A stretch of 64,000 nt of DNA from Parcubacteria group bacterium GW2011_GWA1_56_13 (GCA_001004905.1 LCRY01000002.1:199251-263250); one strand, 5' to 3'; positions 17,272 to 27,335 are shown, numbered from the stretch's first letter. Translations and numbers: made by a program. Notes: generated by a model from the sequence alone, not told the origin.

Positions 17272-17976
17272 ATGCGGTACTTCACTGACGCTCAGCATCT
17301 TCGACACCACGCGTTTATCATCGAGGCGGAAGGGGAGCAAGGGGTAGCGGCGGCGCAGGCGTGGGCGAAGCGGGAGCTTGGAATGAACACGCGGGGGAAT
17401 CCCGATGTCGTGGTACTGCGATATGGTCTGCTCTCGGTCGAAGATGCGCGGCGCGTTGCGGAAACCGCCGCCGGGGTCCCTTTTGCGGGCGAGTACAAGG
17501 TCGTCATCATAGCCGCGAACCGCGCGTATCACGAAGCGCAAAATGCGCTCTTAAAGCTGTTTGAAGAGCCGCCCCCGGGCATGTATCTTTTTCTCGTACT
17601 GCCGTCATTGGGAGGACTCCTCCCGACGCTACGCTCTCGCATTCAAATTCTCAAATACGGATTTCGTAAACCGGTATTTTCAGAAGCGGCGGCGGAGTTT
17701 CTGAGAGCCGGTAAGGAAAAACGCAGCGCGATGATAAAAAAGCTCACGAGCGGTTCGGACGAAGAGGAGCGGCGCGAGAATCGGGAAGAGGCGATTGGCA
17801 TCATGAACGGCGTCGAAGCGGCGGCGTATGCGGCAATGCAAAAAAAGAACGGCGGGTCCATTGCGGCGCTGCTTTCCGATATCGCGGCGTTACGAGGCCA
17901 TCTTTATGACCGCAGCGCGCCCGTCCGCATGATCCTTGAGCATCTCTCGCTCATCACTCCAAAGGGTTTGATATAA
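17272..17976 (+). CDS. holB: DNA polymerase III delta' subunit-like (HolB)
   Basis: LLKLFEEPP and LPTLRSR motifs. Confidence 0.65.
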   Translation: MRYFTDAQHLRHHAFIIEAEGEQGVAAAQAWAKRELGMNTRGNPDVVVLRYGLLSVEDARRVAETAAGVPFAGEYKVVIIAANRAYHEAQNALLKLFEEPPPGMYLFLVLPSLGGLLPTLRSRIQILKYGFRKPVFSEAAAEFLRAGKEKRSAMIKKLTSGSDEEERRENREEAIGIMNGVEAAAYAAMQKKNGGSIAALLSDIAALRGHLYDRSAPVRMILEHLSLITPKGLI

Positions 17977-17983
17977 TGCGCGG

Positions 17984-18535
17984 ATGGTCTACGACTTCTC
18001 GAAGCTCAAGGCGAACATCAAAGAGACGGAAGAGTGGCTTGCGCGCGAACTTGCGGGAGTCCGCACAGGCCGCGCGACCCCGACCCTGCTTGACGGCGTA
18101 AAGCCGGAAGCGTACGGCACTCGGACGCCGCTTCGCGAACTCGGTTCCGTATCGGTAGAAGACGCACGGACGCTCCGCGTCATTCCGTGGGACAAGGGGC
18201 TTCTCAAGGCGATAGAGAAGGGAATTACCGACGCCGACCTCGGCGTCGGCGTTTCAACCGATGATCAGGGGCTCCGCGTATCATTTCCAGAACTCACCAG
18301 TGAGCGCCGTTCGCAACTTTCGAAGATCGCCGGCGATAAGACCGAGCAGGCGAAAGTGACGCTGCGCTCGCATCGCACCGACGCACTCAAGGCGCTTGAG
18401 GCGGCGGAAAAGGCGGGCGGCATGGGCGAAGACGAAGTAAAGCGCTTGAAAGTGGAGATACAGAAGCTCGTTGATGCCGGCAATGATGCTCTCGCGACTA
18501 TCCTCGCGAGAAAAGAGGGCGAGATAGCGCAATAA
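17984..18535 (+). CDS. frr: ribosome recycling factor
   Basis: 183 aa, conserved RRF sequence throughout. Confidence 0.9.
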   Translation: MVYDFSKLKANIKETEEWLARELAGVRTGRATPTLLDGVKPEAYGTRTPLRELGSVSVEDARTLRVIPWDKGLLKAIEKGITDADLGVGVSTDDQGLRVSFPELTSERRSQLSKIAGDKTEQAKVTLRSHRTDALKALEAAEKAGGMGEDEVKRLKVEIQKLVDAGNDALATILARKEGEIAQ

Positions 18536-18538
18536 ATA

Positions 18539-19642
18539 ATGAGCATAATCATTTTCATTATAGTTATCGTTGCACTTATTGTGGTGCACGAATTCGGGCA
18601 TTTCGTCGCCGCAAAGCTCTCGGGAATGCGCGTGGATGAGTTCGGACTTGGCTATCCGCCGCGCGCGATGACGATCGCGAAGGTGGGGGAAACGGTCTAC
18701 ACGCTGAATTGGCTGCCGTTCGGGGGTTTCGTAAAGATACTCGGGGAAGATGACAGCCGCCCTTCCGAGACGGACCCGCGCGCCTTTCCGTCCCGCCCGC
18801 GCATTTTACAGGCGTTCGTGCTTATCGCGGGAATCGCGATGAACATGTTCTTCGCCTATGTCCTCATCACGGGCGCGCTCGCCATAGGAACGCCGCGAGC
18901 CCTCTCACAGGACGAGATACCGAATGCCCGCGCCGCGCAGCTCATTGTGGCGAACGTGCTTCCCGGGAGTCCGGCGGCGCGCGCGGGGCTGTCCGCAGGC
19001 GACGTCATCATTTCCGCCGAGGACGGCCATTTTGTTTTTTCCGGGGTAGACCCGGCCGCATTTACCGAATTCGTCGCGAACGGGGGCGGGAATGCGACCA
19101 TCGCGCTTTCCGTTCGGCACGCAGGCAATGAGGAAAAAACAATATTCATTCGGCCCGAGACGGGCGTCATCGCCGCTGATCCGTCCCGTTCGGCACTTGG
19201 TGTCGAAGTGGCACCGGTGGGCGTCGTGCCGCTTTCATTCGGTTCGGCTTTGGTAGAGGGGGCCCGGCTCACGTGGGGCGTGACCACTTTGACTGCCGTG
19301 GGACTTTGGCACTTTTTCTCCGGGGTATTCACCTTTTCTGCCGATCTCTCGCAAGTCGCCGGACCTGTCGGCATTGCCGGCGTGGTCGGCACCGCTTCGG
19401 TGCAGGGCCTCGGATACCTTTTCTCCATTATGGCCATCATTTCCATCAACCTGGCGCTTATCAATCTCATTCCCGTTCCCGCGCTCGACGGCGGTCGGCT
19501 CCTGTTCGTCATCATCGAGAGCATCATTCGCCGACCGATCAAAGCTGGGGTCGCCCGCACGCTGAATGCCGTCGGGTTCGTCTTTCTCGTACTTCTCATG
19601 GTAGTCGTCACCGCCCACGATATTTTCAGAATAGTCGGCTGA
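18539..19642 (+). CDS. rseP: RIP metalloprotease RseP (site-2 protease, M50)
   Basis: HEFGH in the first TM segment, PDZ region, LDGG motif. Confidence 0.85.
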   Translation: MSIIIFIIVIVALIVVHEFGHFVAAKLSGMRVDEFGLGYPPRAMTIAKVGETVYTLNWLPFGGFVKILGEDDSRPSETDPRAFPSRPRILQAFVLIAGIAMNMFFAYVLITGALAIGTPRALSQDEIPNARAAQLIVANVLPGSPAARAGLSAGDVIISAEDGHFVFSGVDPAAFTEFVANGGGNATIALSVRHAGNEEKTIFIRPETGVIAADPSRSALGVEVAPVGVVPLSFGSALVEGARLTWGVTTLTAVGLWHFFSGVFTFSADLSQVAGPVGIAGVVGTASVQGLGYLFSIMAIISINLALINLIPVPALDGGRLLFVIIESIIRRPIKAGVARTLNAVGFVFLVLLMVVVTAHDIFRIVG

Positions 19643-19720
19643 TGGAGCGGGGAAACATTTACCGGAAGGGAAAAACGTGGTATATTCTTGAGCGGCGTTC
19701 CTTACAGAAAGGGGTGTGTC

Positions 19721-20068
19721 ATGAAAACGGTCAGTTCCGGATACGGGAATTTCGGTGACATCAGACAGGCCAGTGAGGAGGCCGAGAAAGAAAAACGCTT
19801 TCGGTATCTCGTCTTCACCGAAAGCGGCGGCGTTCGCGGCATGATTGGCGGCACTTGGGATTACGAGATCCGCGGTACGAACGTTTTTAAAGAACTGCTC
19901 CGGCCGTCCATTCTCAGGCAGAAGAACGAAATCTTCGACACGAAGACGGGCAAGCCAATTAAAAAGGAGCGGCTCGTCAAAGAGTACCTCAGATTCCTCA
20001 ACAGGAATGAGAAGCGCATGCTAGCCGACGAGGCGCTCATCGCGTTCTTTACCAGGCAAGTTGCCTGA
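19721..20068 (+). CDS. hypothetical protein (115 aa)
   Basis: ORF with an AAAGGGG RBS; no recognisable domain. Confidence 0.5.
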   Translation: MKTVSSGYGNFGDIRQASEEAEKEKRFRYLVFTESGGVRGMIGGTWDYEIRGTNVFKELLRPSILRQKNEIFDTKTGKPIKKERLVKEYLRFLNRNEKRMLADEALIAFFTRQVA

Positions 20069-20123
20069 TCCGCCCACCGAAGGCCCCGTGCTTTCCGTGG
20101 GTTTTCGTTTTATACTATCGCCC

Positions 20124-21365
20124 ATGAAGCAGTCGCATCTCTTCACCAGGACCCGGCGCGAGGCGCCTGCGGATGAGGTGGCGAAGAACGCGCAACTCCT
20201 AGTGCGGGCCGGCTATATCCATAAAGAAATGGCGGGCGTCTACTCTTACCTGCCTTTGGGACTGCGTACCCTCAACAACATCATCCGCATCATCCGCGAA
20301 GAAATGAACGCCATCGGCGGGCAGGAGATAGTGATGACCGCGCTCCAGGACAAGGCGCTCTGGGAGCGCACCGACCGTTGGGACGACGCCAAGGTGGACA
20401 ACTGGTTCAAGACCAAGCTCGCCGTCGGCGGCGACACGGGCCTCGCGATAACGCACGAGGAACCATTGACGCGCATCATGGCCGCACACATCTCCTCGTA
20501 TCGCGACCTGCCGGCGATGGTCTATCAATTCCAGAACAAGTTCCGCAACGAATTGCGCGCCAAGTCCGGCGTGATGCGCGGGAAGGAGTTCATGATGAAG
20601 GACCTCTACTCGTTCGCAAAGAGTTCCGAGGAGCACGAAGCACAGTACGCGGCCACGCGCGCCGCGTATATCAAGGTCTTCAAGCGCTTCGGCCTCGCGA
20701 AGCGCACGTATCCGACCTTCGCCTCGGGCGGAGTGTTCGCCGATTTTTCCGAAGAATTCCAGACGGTCTCGGAGGCGGGTGAAGATACGATCTATGTGGA
20801 CGAAGAGAAACACGTCGCGGTCAATAAAGAGGTGCTCACCGACGAAGCGCTCGCCAAGCTCGGTCTTGACCGCGCGCGGCTCGTGGAGAAGAAGGCGATA
20901 GAGTCGGGGAACATCTTTCATCTCGGTACGCGCTTCTCCGAAGCGCTCGGGCTCGCTTTCACCGCTGAAGACGGTACGAAGAAACCGGTCATCATGGGAA
21001 GCTACGGTATCGGCGTCACGCGTATGGTGGGCATCCTCACCGAGGTCTTTGCGGACGAAAAAGGGCTCGTGTGGCCGGCCGAAGTCGCGCCGTTCGCGAT
21101 GCACATCGTATCTCTCGGGAAGAAAGGAGACGAGATTTCCAAGACCGCGGATGCGCTGTACGAAGACCTCGTGAAAGCGGGCGTTGAGGTCTTGTACGAC
21201 GACCGCGAGCTTCGCGCCGGCGAGAAGTTCGCGGACAGCGATCTGCTCGGCATTCCGAGACGTATCGTGGTCGGCAAAGACGCCGTCGCGACGGGCGATT
21301 TCGAGGTGGTAGAGCGAGTGACGGGAGAGGTCGCGAAAATTCCGCGCGCGGAGCTTTTTTCATAA
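20124..21365 (+). CDS. proS: proline--tRNA ligase (short bacterial-type, no INS editing domain)
   Basis: Class II motifs and a C-terminal anticodon-binding domain; 413 aa. Confidence 0.85.
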   Translation: MKQSHLFTRTRREAPADEVAKNAQLLVRAGYIHKEMAGVYSYLPLGLRTLNNIIRIIREEMNAIGGQEIVMTALQDKALWERTDRWDDAKVDNWFKTKLAVGGDTGLAITHEEPLTRIMAAHISSYRDLPAMVYQFQNKFRNELRAKSGVMRGKEFMMKDLYSFAKSSEEHEAQYAATRAAYIKVFKRFGLAKRTYPTFASGGVFADFSEEFQTVSEAGEDTIYVDEEKHVAVNKEVLTDEALAKLGLDRARLVEKKAIESGNIFHLGTRFSEALGLAFTAEDGTKKPVIMGSYGIGVTRMVGILTEVFADEKGLVWPAEVAPFAMHIVSLGKKGDEISKTADALYEDLVKAGVEVLYDDRELRAGEKFADSDLLGIPRRIVVGKDAVATGDFEVVERVTGEVAKIPRAELFS

Positions 21366-21366
21366 C

Positions 21367-22419
21367 ATGCCGAGATTCTCAAAAAGCTCCCTGTTCAGCA
21401 GTGATATCGCGATAGATCTCGGCACGACCAACACACTTGTCTACGTGCGCGGCCGCGGCGTCGTCATCAACGAGCCGTCGGTAGTTGCAGTGAACGACAA
21501 GACGCATCAGATGGTTGCCGTGGGAAGGGAAGCGAAGTCCATGCTCGGCAAGACGCCCGGGCATATCCGCGTCGTGCGCCCGCTCGCGCACGGCGTCATT
21601 TCCGACTTTGAGGTGACCGAAGAACTCCTCACGTACCTCATCAACAAAGCGCAGGGCGGCCGTGTCCGGCTCTTCGGGCCACGCGTCGTTATCGGAGTGC
21701 CGACCGGCGTGACCAACGTGCAGAGCCGCGCGGTGCGGGACGCGGCCAAAAACGCCGGCGCCCGCGAAGCCATCATCCTCGAGGAGCCGGTTGCGGGCGC
21801 CATCGGCGCGAAATTGCCGGTCTCGGAAGCGGTCGGGACGATGGTCCTCGATATCGGAGGCGGAACGACCGACATCGCGGTCATCTCGCTTAAGGGAATG
21901 GTCGCTTCCAGGAGTTCGCATGTCGCCGGAGACCGGTTCAATGAAAATATTATCGATTTTGTGCGAAGCGAGTTCAAGCTCGGCATCGGCGAGCGTACCG
22001 CCGAAGACGTCAAGATAGCCATCGGAACAGTCGTGCCGCTGCCAGAAACGCTTTCCCGAAGCGTGCGCGGCCGCGATTACGCGACGGGACTTCCGCGCGA
22101 GATAGTGCTCACCGATGCCCATATCCGCGAAGCCATTACCCCTTCTCTTGATGCGCTCATGGATGCCATGAAGGAAGTTATCGAAGTGACTCCGCCCGAA
22201 CTCCTTTCCGACATACTTCAACAGGGCGTAACCGTTTTTGGCGGCGGAGCGTTGCTTCGCGGCCTGCCGCAGATACTTGCAAAGATGCTCGGCGTGCCGG
22301 TGCGGGTCGCGGCCGATCCGCTTTCGGCGGTCGTGCGGGGAGCGGGCATTGTGACCGAAGACCCCGGGTCATACGAGGATTTCTTTATCGATGAGGAGGA
22401 CATTCTTAGCGAAGCGTAA
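21367..22419 (+). CDS. mreB: rod shape-determining protein MreB (paralog 2)
   Basis: Second actin-fold MreB; heads an mreB-mreC-mreD-mrdA operon. Confidence 0.9.
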   Translation: MPRFSKSSLFSSDIAIDLGTTNTLVYVRGRGVVINEPSVVAVNDKTHQMVAVGREAKSMLGKTPGHIRVVRPLAHGVISDFEVTEELLTYLINKAQGGRVRLFGPRVVIGVPTGVTNVQSRAVRDAAKNAGAREAIILEEPVAGAIGAKLPVSEAVGTMVLDIGGGTTDIAVISLKGMVASRSSHVAGDRFNENIIDFVRSEFKLGIGERTAEDVKIAIGTVVPLPETLSRSVRGRDYATGLPREIVLTDAHIREAITPSLDALMDAMKEVIEVTPPELLSDILQQGVTVFGGGALLRGLPQILAKMLGVPVRVAADPLSAVVRGAGIVTEDPGSYEDFFIDEEDILSEA

Positions 22420-23166
22420 CGCGCTCCTGTCGTCCACGAACATATCGTGGGGAGCGCTTGCGCTCGTGCTTGCCTTGTTCCTGCTCTGTCTACGACTCGT
22501 CGCTCCGAACCTTTTTTGGTCCGCACTTGCACCGGTATTCCGCCTGTCGGATGCAGTTGCGGCGAGAAGTCATGTATTTTTCAGCAGTTTCGGCAATGCG
22601 GCAGCTCTTGCGTTGCAGAACGAAACCCTACGGAACACCAATGCCGCGCTTGCACTCCAAAACCAGGCCTTGCTTCAGAAAATAGATGGTATTTCGGGCC
22701 TGCAGGAAGAGCATACGGGTATTATCGCCGGGATTACCGCCCGTCCCCCCGCGAGCCCATACGATACTCTCGTACTTGCCGCCGGTTCCGCAGATGGCGT
22801 TCAGAACGGCATGGAAGTATTTGCGGCGGACGGGCGACGCTTTTTTCATCACCGGGAATGTCTGTAAGCGGTTGGGTGGGGCGTGCTCATCTGCCACTTG
22901 CGATCAAAGGCGCGGGTGCGGGCGCCATGAACGCTTCTGTTCCGCGGTCTGCCGGCATTGCCGCGGGCGACATCGTGTTTGCGCCCGGCCCCGGAATGCT
23001 TCCGATCGGGACGGTGGTACGCATTGACAGCGAGCCCTCATCCCGTTCGATCATCCTGCGCATTCTGCCGGCCCAGAACCCCTTTTCGATCGGCTGGGTC
23101 CTCATACGCGATACAGGAACGTCTTTTCGCGCCGCCGTTTCCTCGACCACGCCGTTCATGCCATGA
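22391..23166 (+). CDS. mreC: rod shape-determining protein MreC, interrupted by an apparent -1 frameshift in a T6 run at about 22843-22848 (pseudogene or sequencing error)
   Basis: N-terminal half is in frame A (22391-22867). The C-terminal half (GDIVFAPGPGMLPIGTV beta domain) is in frame B (to 23166). Adding one T to the T6 run restores a continuous MreC. Confidence 0.7.
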
Positions 23167-23417
23167 TGTCTGGAATACTTACGTTACTCGCCTTTGTCTC
23201 CACGATATTTTTCCCGTGGTCGTTTACTGCCGCTCTCGCGATCGCTGTCGCGCTTTTTGAGCCTTTGGTGCCGCTTGCAGTCGGACTTTTCGCTGACACT
23301 CTGTATTACGTACCGCATGCGGGAACGCTTCCTGTCTTTACTTTATATGGAGCTGTGGCGACCATGTTGGCATTCTTCGTGCGAAACCGGCTCAATGCGA
23401 GTATTATCGGAAGATGA
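23163..23417 (+). CDS. mreD: rod shape-determining protein MreD (short)
   Basis: 84-aa polytopic membrane protein lying between mreC and mrdA. Confidence 0.6.
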   Translation: MMSGILTLLAFVSTIFFPWSFTAALAIAVALFEPLVPLAVGLFADTLYYVPHAGTLPVFTLYGAVATMLAFFVRNRLNASIIGR

Positions 23418-25087
23418 TGCAGCGTCGGCGCATTCGGCGGCGGGATCCGGAAATCGCCCCCGATGAAATATTCCTTGACTCATCGAACGCGCCAGCGTTC
23501 GATCGCGCACGTTTCGAAGGACGGCTCGAAAAACCTCTTTCGCACAATACATTTTCATATCTCGCGGCCGCGCTTGCCCTCGTCTTTCTGGTCCTTGTCA
23601 CTCGCGCCTGGAATCTTCAGGTTACCCGGGGAGCCGAATTCGCCGCCGAAAGTGCGCATAACAGCTTGAACGTTACGACGTTGTTCGCCCCGCGTGGCAT
23701 CATTACGGACAGACGAGGCGTCATCCTTGCGGAGAACGGTGAGAAGGAAGACGGCAGCGTAGAACGCAAGTATCTGCTGCCCGCGCTTGGCCAGATCATC
23801 GGGTACGTGTCGTATCCAAAGAAGGACGCGAAAGGGATCTATTACGATACGAGCGAAACAGGCATTGCCGGCCTGGAAGCCCAGTACGACAAGCTCCTTT
23901 CCGGCAAGAATGGCCAGGTGCTCACCGAGACGGATGCTCTTGGTCGCGTGCGCTCCGAAGGCACGATCGTGAAAGCCGAGGAAGGGAAGCCATTGCATCT
24001 TTCCATCGACGCGGACCTGGAGCGGCTCTTTGCGCGCGCGATCAGGAACACCGCGAACGCGCACGGTTTTATCGCCGGCGCCGGCGTCATCATGGACGTG
24101 CACACCGGAGCGATCCACGCCATTGTTTCGTATCCGAGCTACGACCCAAATGTTATGGCGAGTGGCGGACCCGCGAGTACCATTGATTCGTATAATGCGG
24201 ATCCAGGGCGACCCTTTCTCGATCATGCCGTGCAGGGCGTCTACACTCCCGGTTCCATCGTGAAGCCCTTCATCGCTTCCGGTGCGCTTACCGACGGCAT
24301 CATCACGTCCGACACGCGTATCGATGACAACGGATTCATTTCGCTGCCGGATCCGTATCATCCGGGGAAATCATTCATCTACAAGGGATGGAAGGCGCTC
24401 GGTCCGGTGGATGTAAAAAGGGCGATCGCATGGTCATCGGACATCTTTTTCTACGCGGTCGGCGGTGGCTTCATGGATCAAAAAGGTCTGGGTATCGATC
24501 GCCTCAATTACTGGTATCGGCAATTCGGGATGGGGAGCCCGACCCGCATAGCGCTTCCGGGGGAGGCGCAAGGACTCGTTCCCACCCCCGCTTGGAAGAA
24601 AGAGGTGTTCGGCGAACCGTGGTATCTCGGCGACACGTACTTCACAGCGATCGGACAGTATTCGGTGCAGGTGACGCCGATACAGGTGGTACGCGCGACG
24701 GCGGCGGTCGCAAACGGCGGGAAGCTCCTCACCCCGACCCTGCTCGTCGAAGATACGCCTTCCTACACCACGGTGCCCGTGAACGCCTCTGCGCTCGAGC
24801 TCGTACGCCAGGGCATGCGGCAAACCGTTACGACCGCGCTCGCAAACGCACTCAACCTTCCCTATGTGAGCGTCGCGGCGAAAACCGGCACCGCGCAGAC
24901 GGGCACGCGCAATCAATATGACAACTCGTGGGTGGAGGGATTTTTCCCCTACGACGACCCGCAGTATGCTTTTGCCGTCGTACTTGAACGGGGTCCCGAA
25001 GGCGCCGGCGGACAAGCGGTGAACGCCATGCGGGAATTATTCGATTCCCTATACGCCGAAAATTCCCCGTACGTCGGGGGCTTATGA
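23414..25087 (+). CDS. mrdA: penicillin-binding protein 2 (class B transpeptidase)
   Basis: TM anchor, dimerisation domain, transpeptidase motifs S-x-x-K (SIVKP), SxN, KTGT. Confidence 0.88.
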   Translation: MMQRRRIRRRDPEIAPDEIFLDSSNAPAFDRARFEGRLEKPLSHNTFSYLAAALALVFLVLVTRAWNLQVTRGAEFAAESAHNSLNVTTLFAPRGIITDRRGVILAENGEKEDGSVERKYLLPALGQIIGYVSYPKKDAKGIYYDTSETGIAGLEAQYDKLLSGKNGQVLTETDALGRVRSEGTIVKAEEGKPLHLSIDADLERLFARAIRNTANAHGFIAGAGVIMDVHTGAIHAIVSYPSYDPNVMASGGPASTIDSYNADPGRPFLDHAVQGVYTPGSIVKPFIASGALTDGIITSDTRIDDNGFISLPDPYHPGKSFIYKGWKALGPVDVKRAIAWSSDIFFYAVGGGFMDQKGLGIDRLNYWYRQFGMGSPTRIALPGEAQGLVPTPAWKKEVFGEPWYLGDTYFTAIGQYSVQVTPIQVVRATAAVANGGKLLTPTLLVEDTPSYTTVPVNASALELVRQGMRQTVTTALANALNLPYVSVAAKTGTAQTGTRNQYDNSWVEGFFPYDDPQYAFAVVLERGPEGAGGQAVNAMRELFDSLYAENSPYVGGL

Positions 25088-25179
25088 GGACATAACCCCA
25101 TTTGGGTTTTATACTCATTTCATTCGTTAAAAATCTCGGCGGCGGCACGGGAGAAGACGGCGCAGAGGCGCCGTAGCGC

Positions 25180-25207
25180 TTGCACTTCGGCGGCGGGCGC
25201 GTACAAT
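25180..25207 (+). promoter_or_regulatory. promoter (TTGCAC, 16 nt, TACAAT) only about 12 nt upstream of the greA ATG, implying a leaderless or very short-leader mRNA
   Basis: Read directly; ATG at 25220. Confidence 0.4.
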
Positions 25208-25219
25208 GCCCACACCCAT

Positions 25220-25693
25220 ATGACCGACGTACAGAACGCCGTTGTCTCGCAGGAAAAATTTGACGAGATGATAAAGGAATTGGAGCACCTTAAAACGGTG
25301 CGCCGCACGGAGATTGCCAAGAACCTCGAATATGCGAGGTCGCTCGGCGATCTGTCCGAGAACGCCGAGTATCAGGAGGCGCGCGACCTGCAGGCCGCGA
25401 CCGAGGAGCGCATCAAGAAGCTCGAGGAATTGGTGAAATACACAAAGATCGTCACGGATGGCAAGAAAAAGAACGAAGTCGGCTTCAATTCGAAAGTTTC
25501 CATAAAGAAGGAAGGCGTCAATGAGGTGCATGAGTACGTCATCGTCGGGAGCGAAGAGGCCGATATGCGCATGAAGAAGCTTTCCCACGTTTCGCCGCTC
25601 GGCTCCGCGCTCATGGGGAAGAAAAAAGGCGATGTATTCACCTTCGAGACCCCCGCGGGCAAGCAGACCTATACCATCGAGAAAGTGACGTAA
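25220..25693 (+). CDS. greA: transcription elongation factor GreA
   Basis: Coiled-coil N-domain and FKBP-like C-domain; conserved throughout. Confidence 0.9.
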   Translation: MTDVQNAVVSQEKFDEMIKELEHLKTVRRTEIAKNLEYARSLGDLSENAEYQEARDLQAATEERIKKLEELVKYTKIVTDGKKKNEVGFNSKVSIKKEGVNEVHEYVIVGSEEADMRMKKLSHVSPLGSALMGKKKGDVFTFETPAGKQTYTIEKVT

Positions 25694-25717
25694 GAGATAA
25701 AATGGTACGATAAGTCC

Positions 25718-27283
25718 ATGCTGTGGGCAGATCGGATAGCCGGCGAGATCCGGGATACGCACACGCCGCGGGACGGTAAGACATTCCTCATCCGCGATGA
25801 GAAGACCCTTTCCGGCCGCGTGCACGTTGGGAGTATGCGCGGGGTCGCCGTTCATGGCATCATCGCGGAAATTCTGGGCGAGTACGGCATACCGAATGAA
25901 TACCGCTATGAACTGAACGATTTCGACCCGTTCGATTCGGTGCCCAGCTATCTTGACGCGGACATATTCCGGGAACACCTTGGGAAGCCGCTATACGCCG
26001 TCCCAAGTCCTGAACCGGGATTCGCGAACTACGCCGAATATTTCGGCGCCGAGTTCGCAGCCGTGCATAAAAACGCCGGCTTCGCACCGACATATTATCG
26101 CGCAACCGAGTACTACCGCTCGGGAAAGATGGATGCACTTGTGAAGATCGCGCTCGAGCGCGCGGCAGACGTCCGTCGGATACTAAAAGAGGTGTCCGGG
26201 TCCGAGAAAGACGAGTCGTGGCTTCCGGTTTCCGTCGTATGCGAGAACTGCGGAAAGATGATGACCACGCGCGCATACGAATACGACGGCGAGACAGTCG
26301 GTTATTCCTGCGATGGGAATCCGGACGGGGTGCAAAGCTGCGGACATACGGGGCGCGTCGCACCGTGGAAGGGTGCCGCAAAGCTTTTTTGGAAGGTTGA
26401 TTGGGCGGCGAAATGGATCGCAGTCGGCGTAGACGTCGAAGGCGGCGGCAAGGATCATTCGACGAAAGGCGGTTCACGCGACGTTGCCAATCACATCTGC
26501 CGGGAAGTGTTCGGTCAGGAACCGCCGTTCGACATACCGTATGAATTTTTTCTCGTGGGCGGAAAAAAAATGTCCTCCTCGAAAGGCCGCGGTTCGAGCG
26601 CGAAAGATATAAGCGACCTCTTCCCGCCGCAGATTTTCCGTCTCGCTCTCATCGGCAAGGATATCCGCGAGCAGGTCGATGTAGATCCGGCAGGAGAATC
26701 GGTCCCGCGGCTCTATGACTGGTACGACGAACTCGGGAATGGTGTGCGGGAAGGGAAGGCGGATGATTACTCGCGGCTCTTTGCCCTGTGCGAGCTCCCG
26801 GAGAATCGCGCGGCGCTTTCGGCTCCATGGCAGATGCGGTTCAGGGAAGTCGCGTTCATCGTGCAAATGCCCCATCTCTCGCTCATTGAAGAGGCCGCCA
26901 AAGTAAAAGGAAGCGTTCTTTCCGAAGACGAGTGGACCGCGCTCGATGAGCGCGCGCGATATGCGAAGTACTGGCTCACGACGTATGCACCGGAAGAATT
27001 TAAATACGAATTACAGGAAGAAATGCCCGACGTCGCCTTGTCGGATGCGCAGAAAAAAGCGCTTACCTCGCTTGCCGGATATTTAGAAGTCGAGCGTACG
27101 GGCGAAGAACTCCATGCCCGCCTGCACGAGATGAAAACCGAAGTGCCGATAGCGCCCAAAGACCTATTTCAGGCCTTGTACCGGATTTTCCTGAACCGTG
27201 ATTCGGGCCCGAAGGCCGGATGGTTTCTCGCCGGTCTTTCTCGCGATTTTGTCGTTGCGCGCTTGCACGAGGCGGCTTTGTAA
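25718..27283 (+). CDS. lysK: lysine--tRNA ligase, class I (archaeal/spirochaete-type LysK)
   Basis: N-terminal WADxIA...SGxVHVG (HIGH-like) and KMSSSKG (KMSKS). The C-terminal ...LYRIFL...GPKAGWFLAGL matches class I LysRS end to end. Confidence 0.85.
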   Translation: MLWADRIAGEIRDTHTPRDGKTFLIRDEKTLSGRVHVGSMRGVAVHGIIAEILGEYGIPNEYRYELNDFDPFDSVPSYLDADIFREHLGKPLYAVPSPEPGFANYAEYFGAEFAAVHKNAGFAPTYYRATEYYRSGKMDALVKIALERAADVRRILKEVSGSEKDESWLPVSVVCENCGKMMTTRAYEYDGETVGYSCDGNPDGVQSCGHTGRVAPWKGAAKLFWKVDWAAKWIAVGVDVEGGGKDHSTKGGSRDVANHICREVFGQEPPFDIPYEFFLVGGKKMSSSKGRGSSAKDISDLFPPQIFRLALIGKDIREQVDVDPAGESVPRLYDWYDELGNGVREGKADDYSRLFALCELPENRAALSAPWQMRFREVAFIVQMPHLSLIEEAAKVKGSVLSEDEWTALDERARYAKYWLTTYAPEEFKYELQEEMPDVALSDAQKKALTSLAGYLEVERTGEELHARLHEMKTEVPIAPKDLFQALYRIFLNRDSGPKAGWFLAGLSRDFVVARLHEAAL

Positions 27284-27335
27284 CGGCACGACGGCCTTGC
27301 ACCCCATTTCCCGACCTCCTTTGAGGGGTCTTTCG

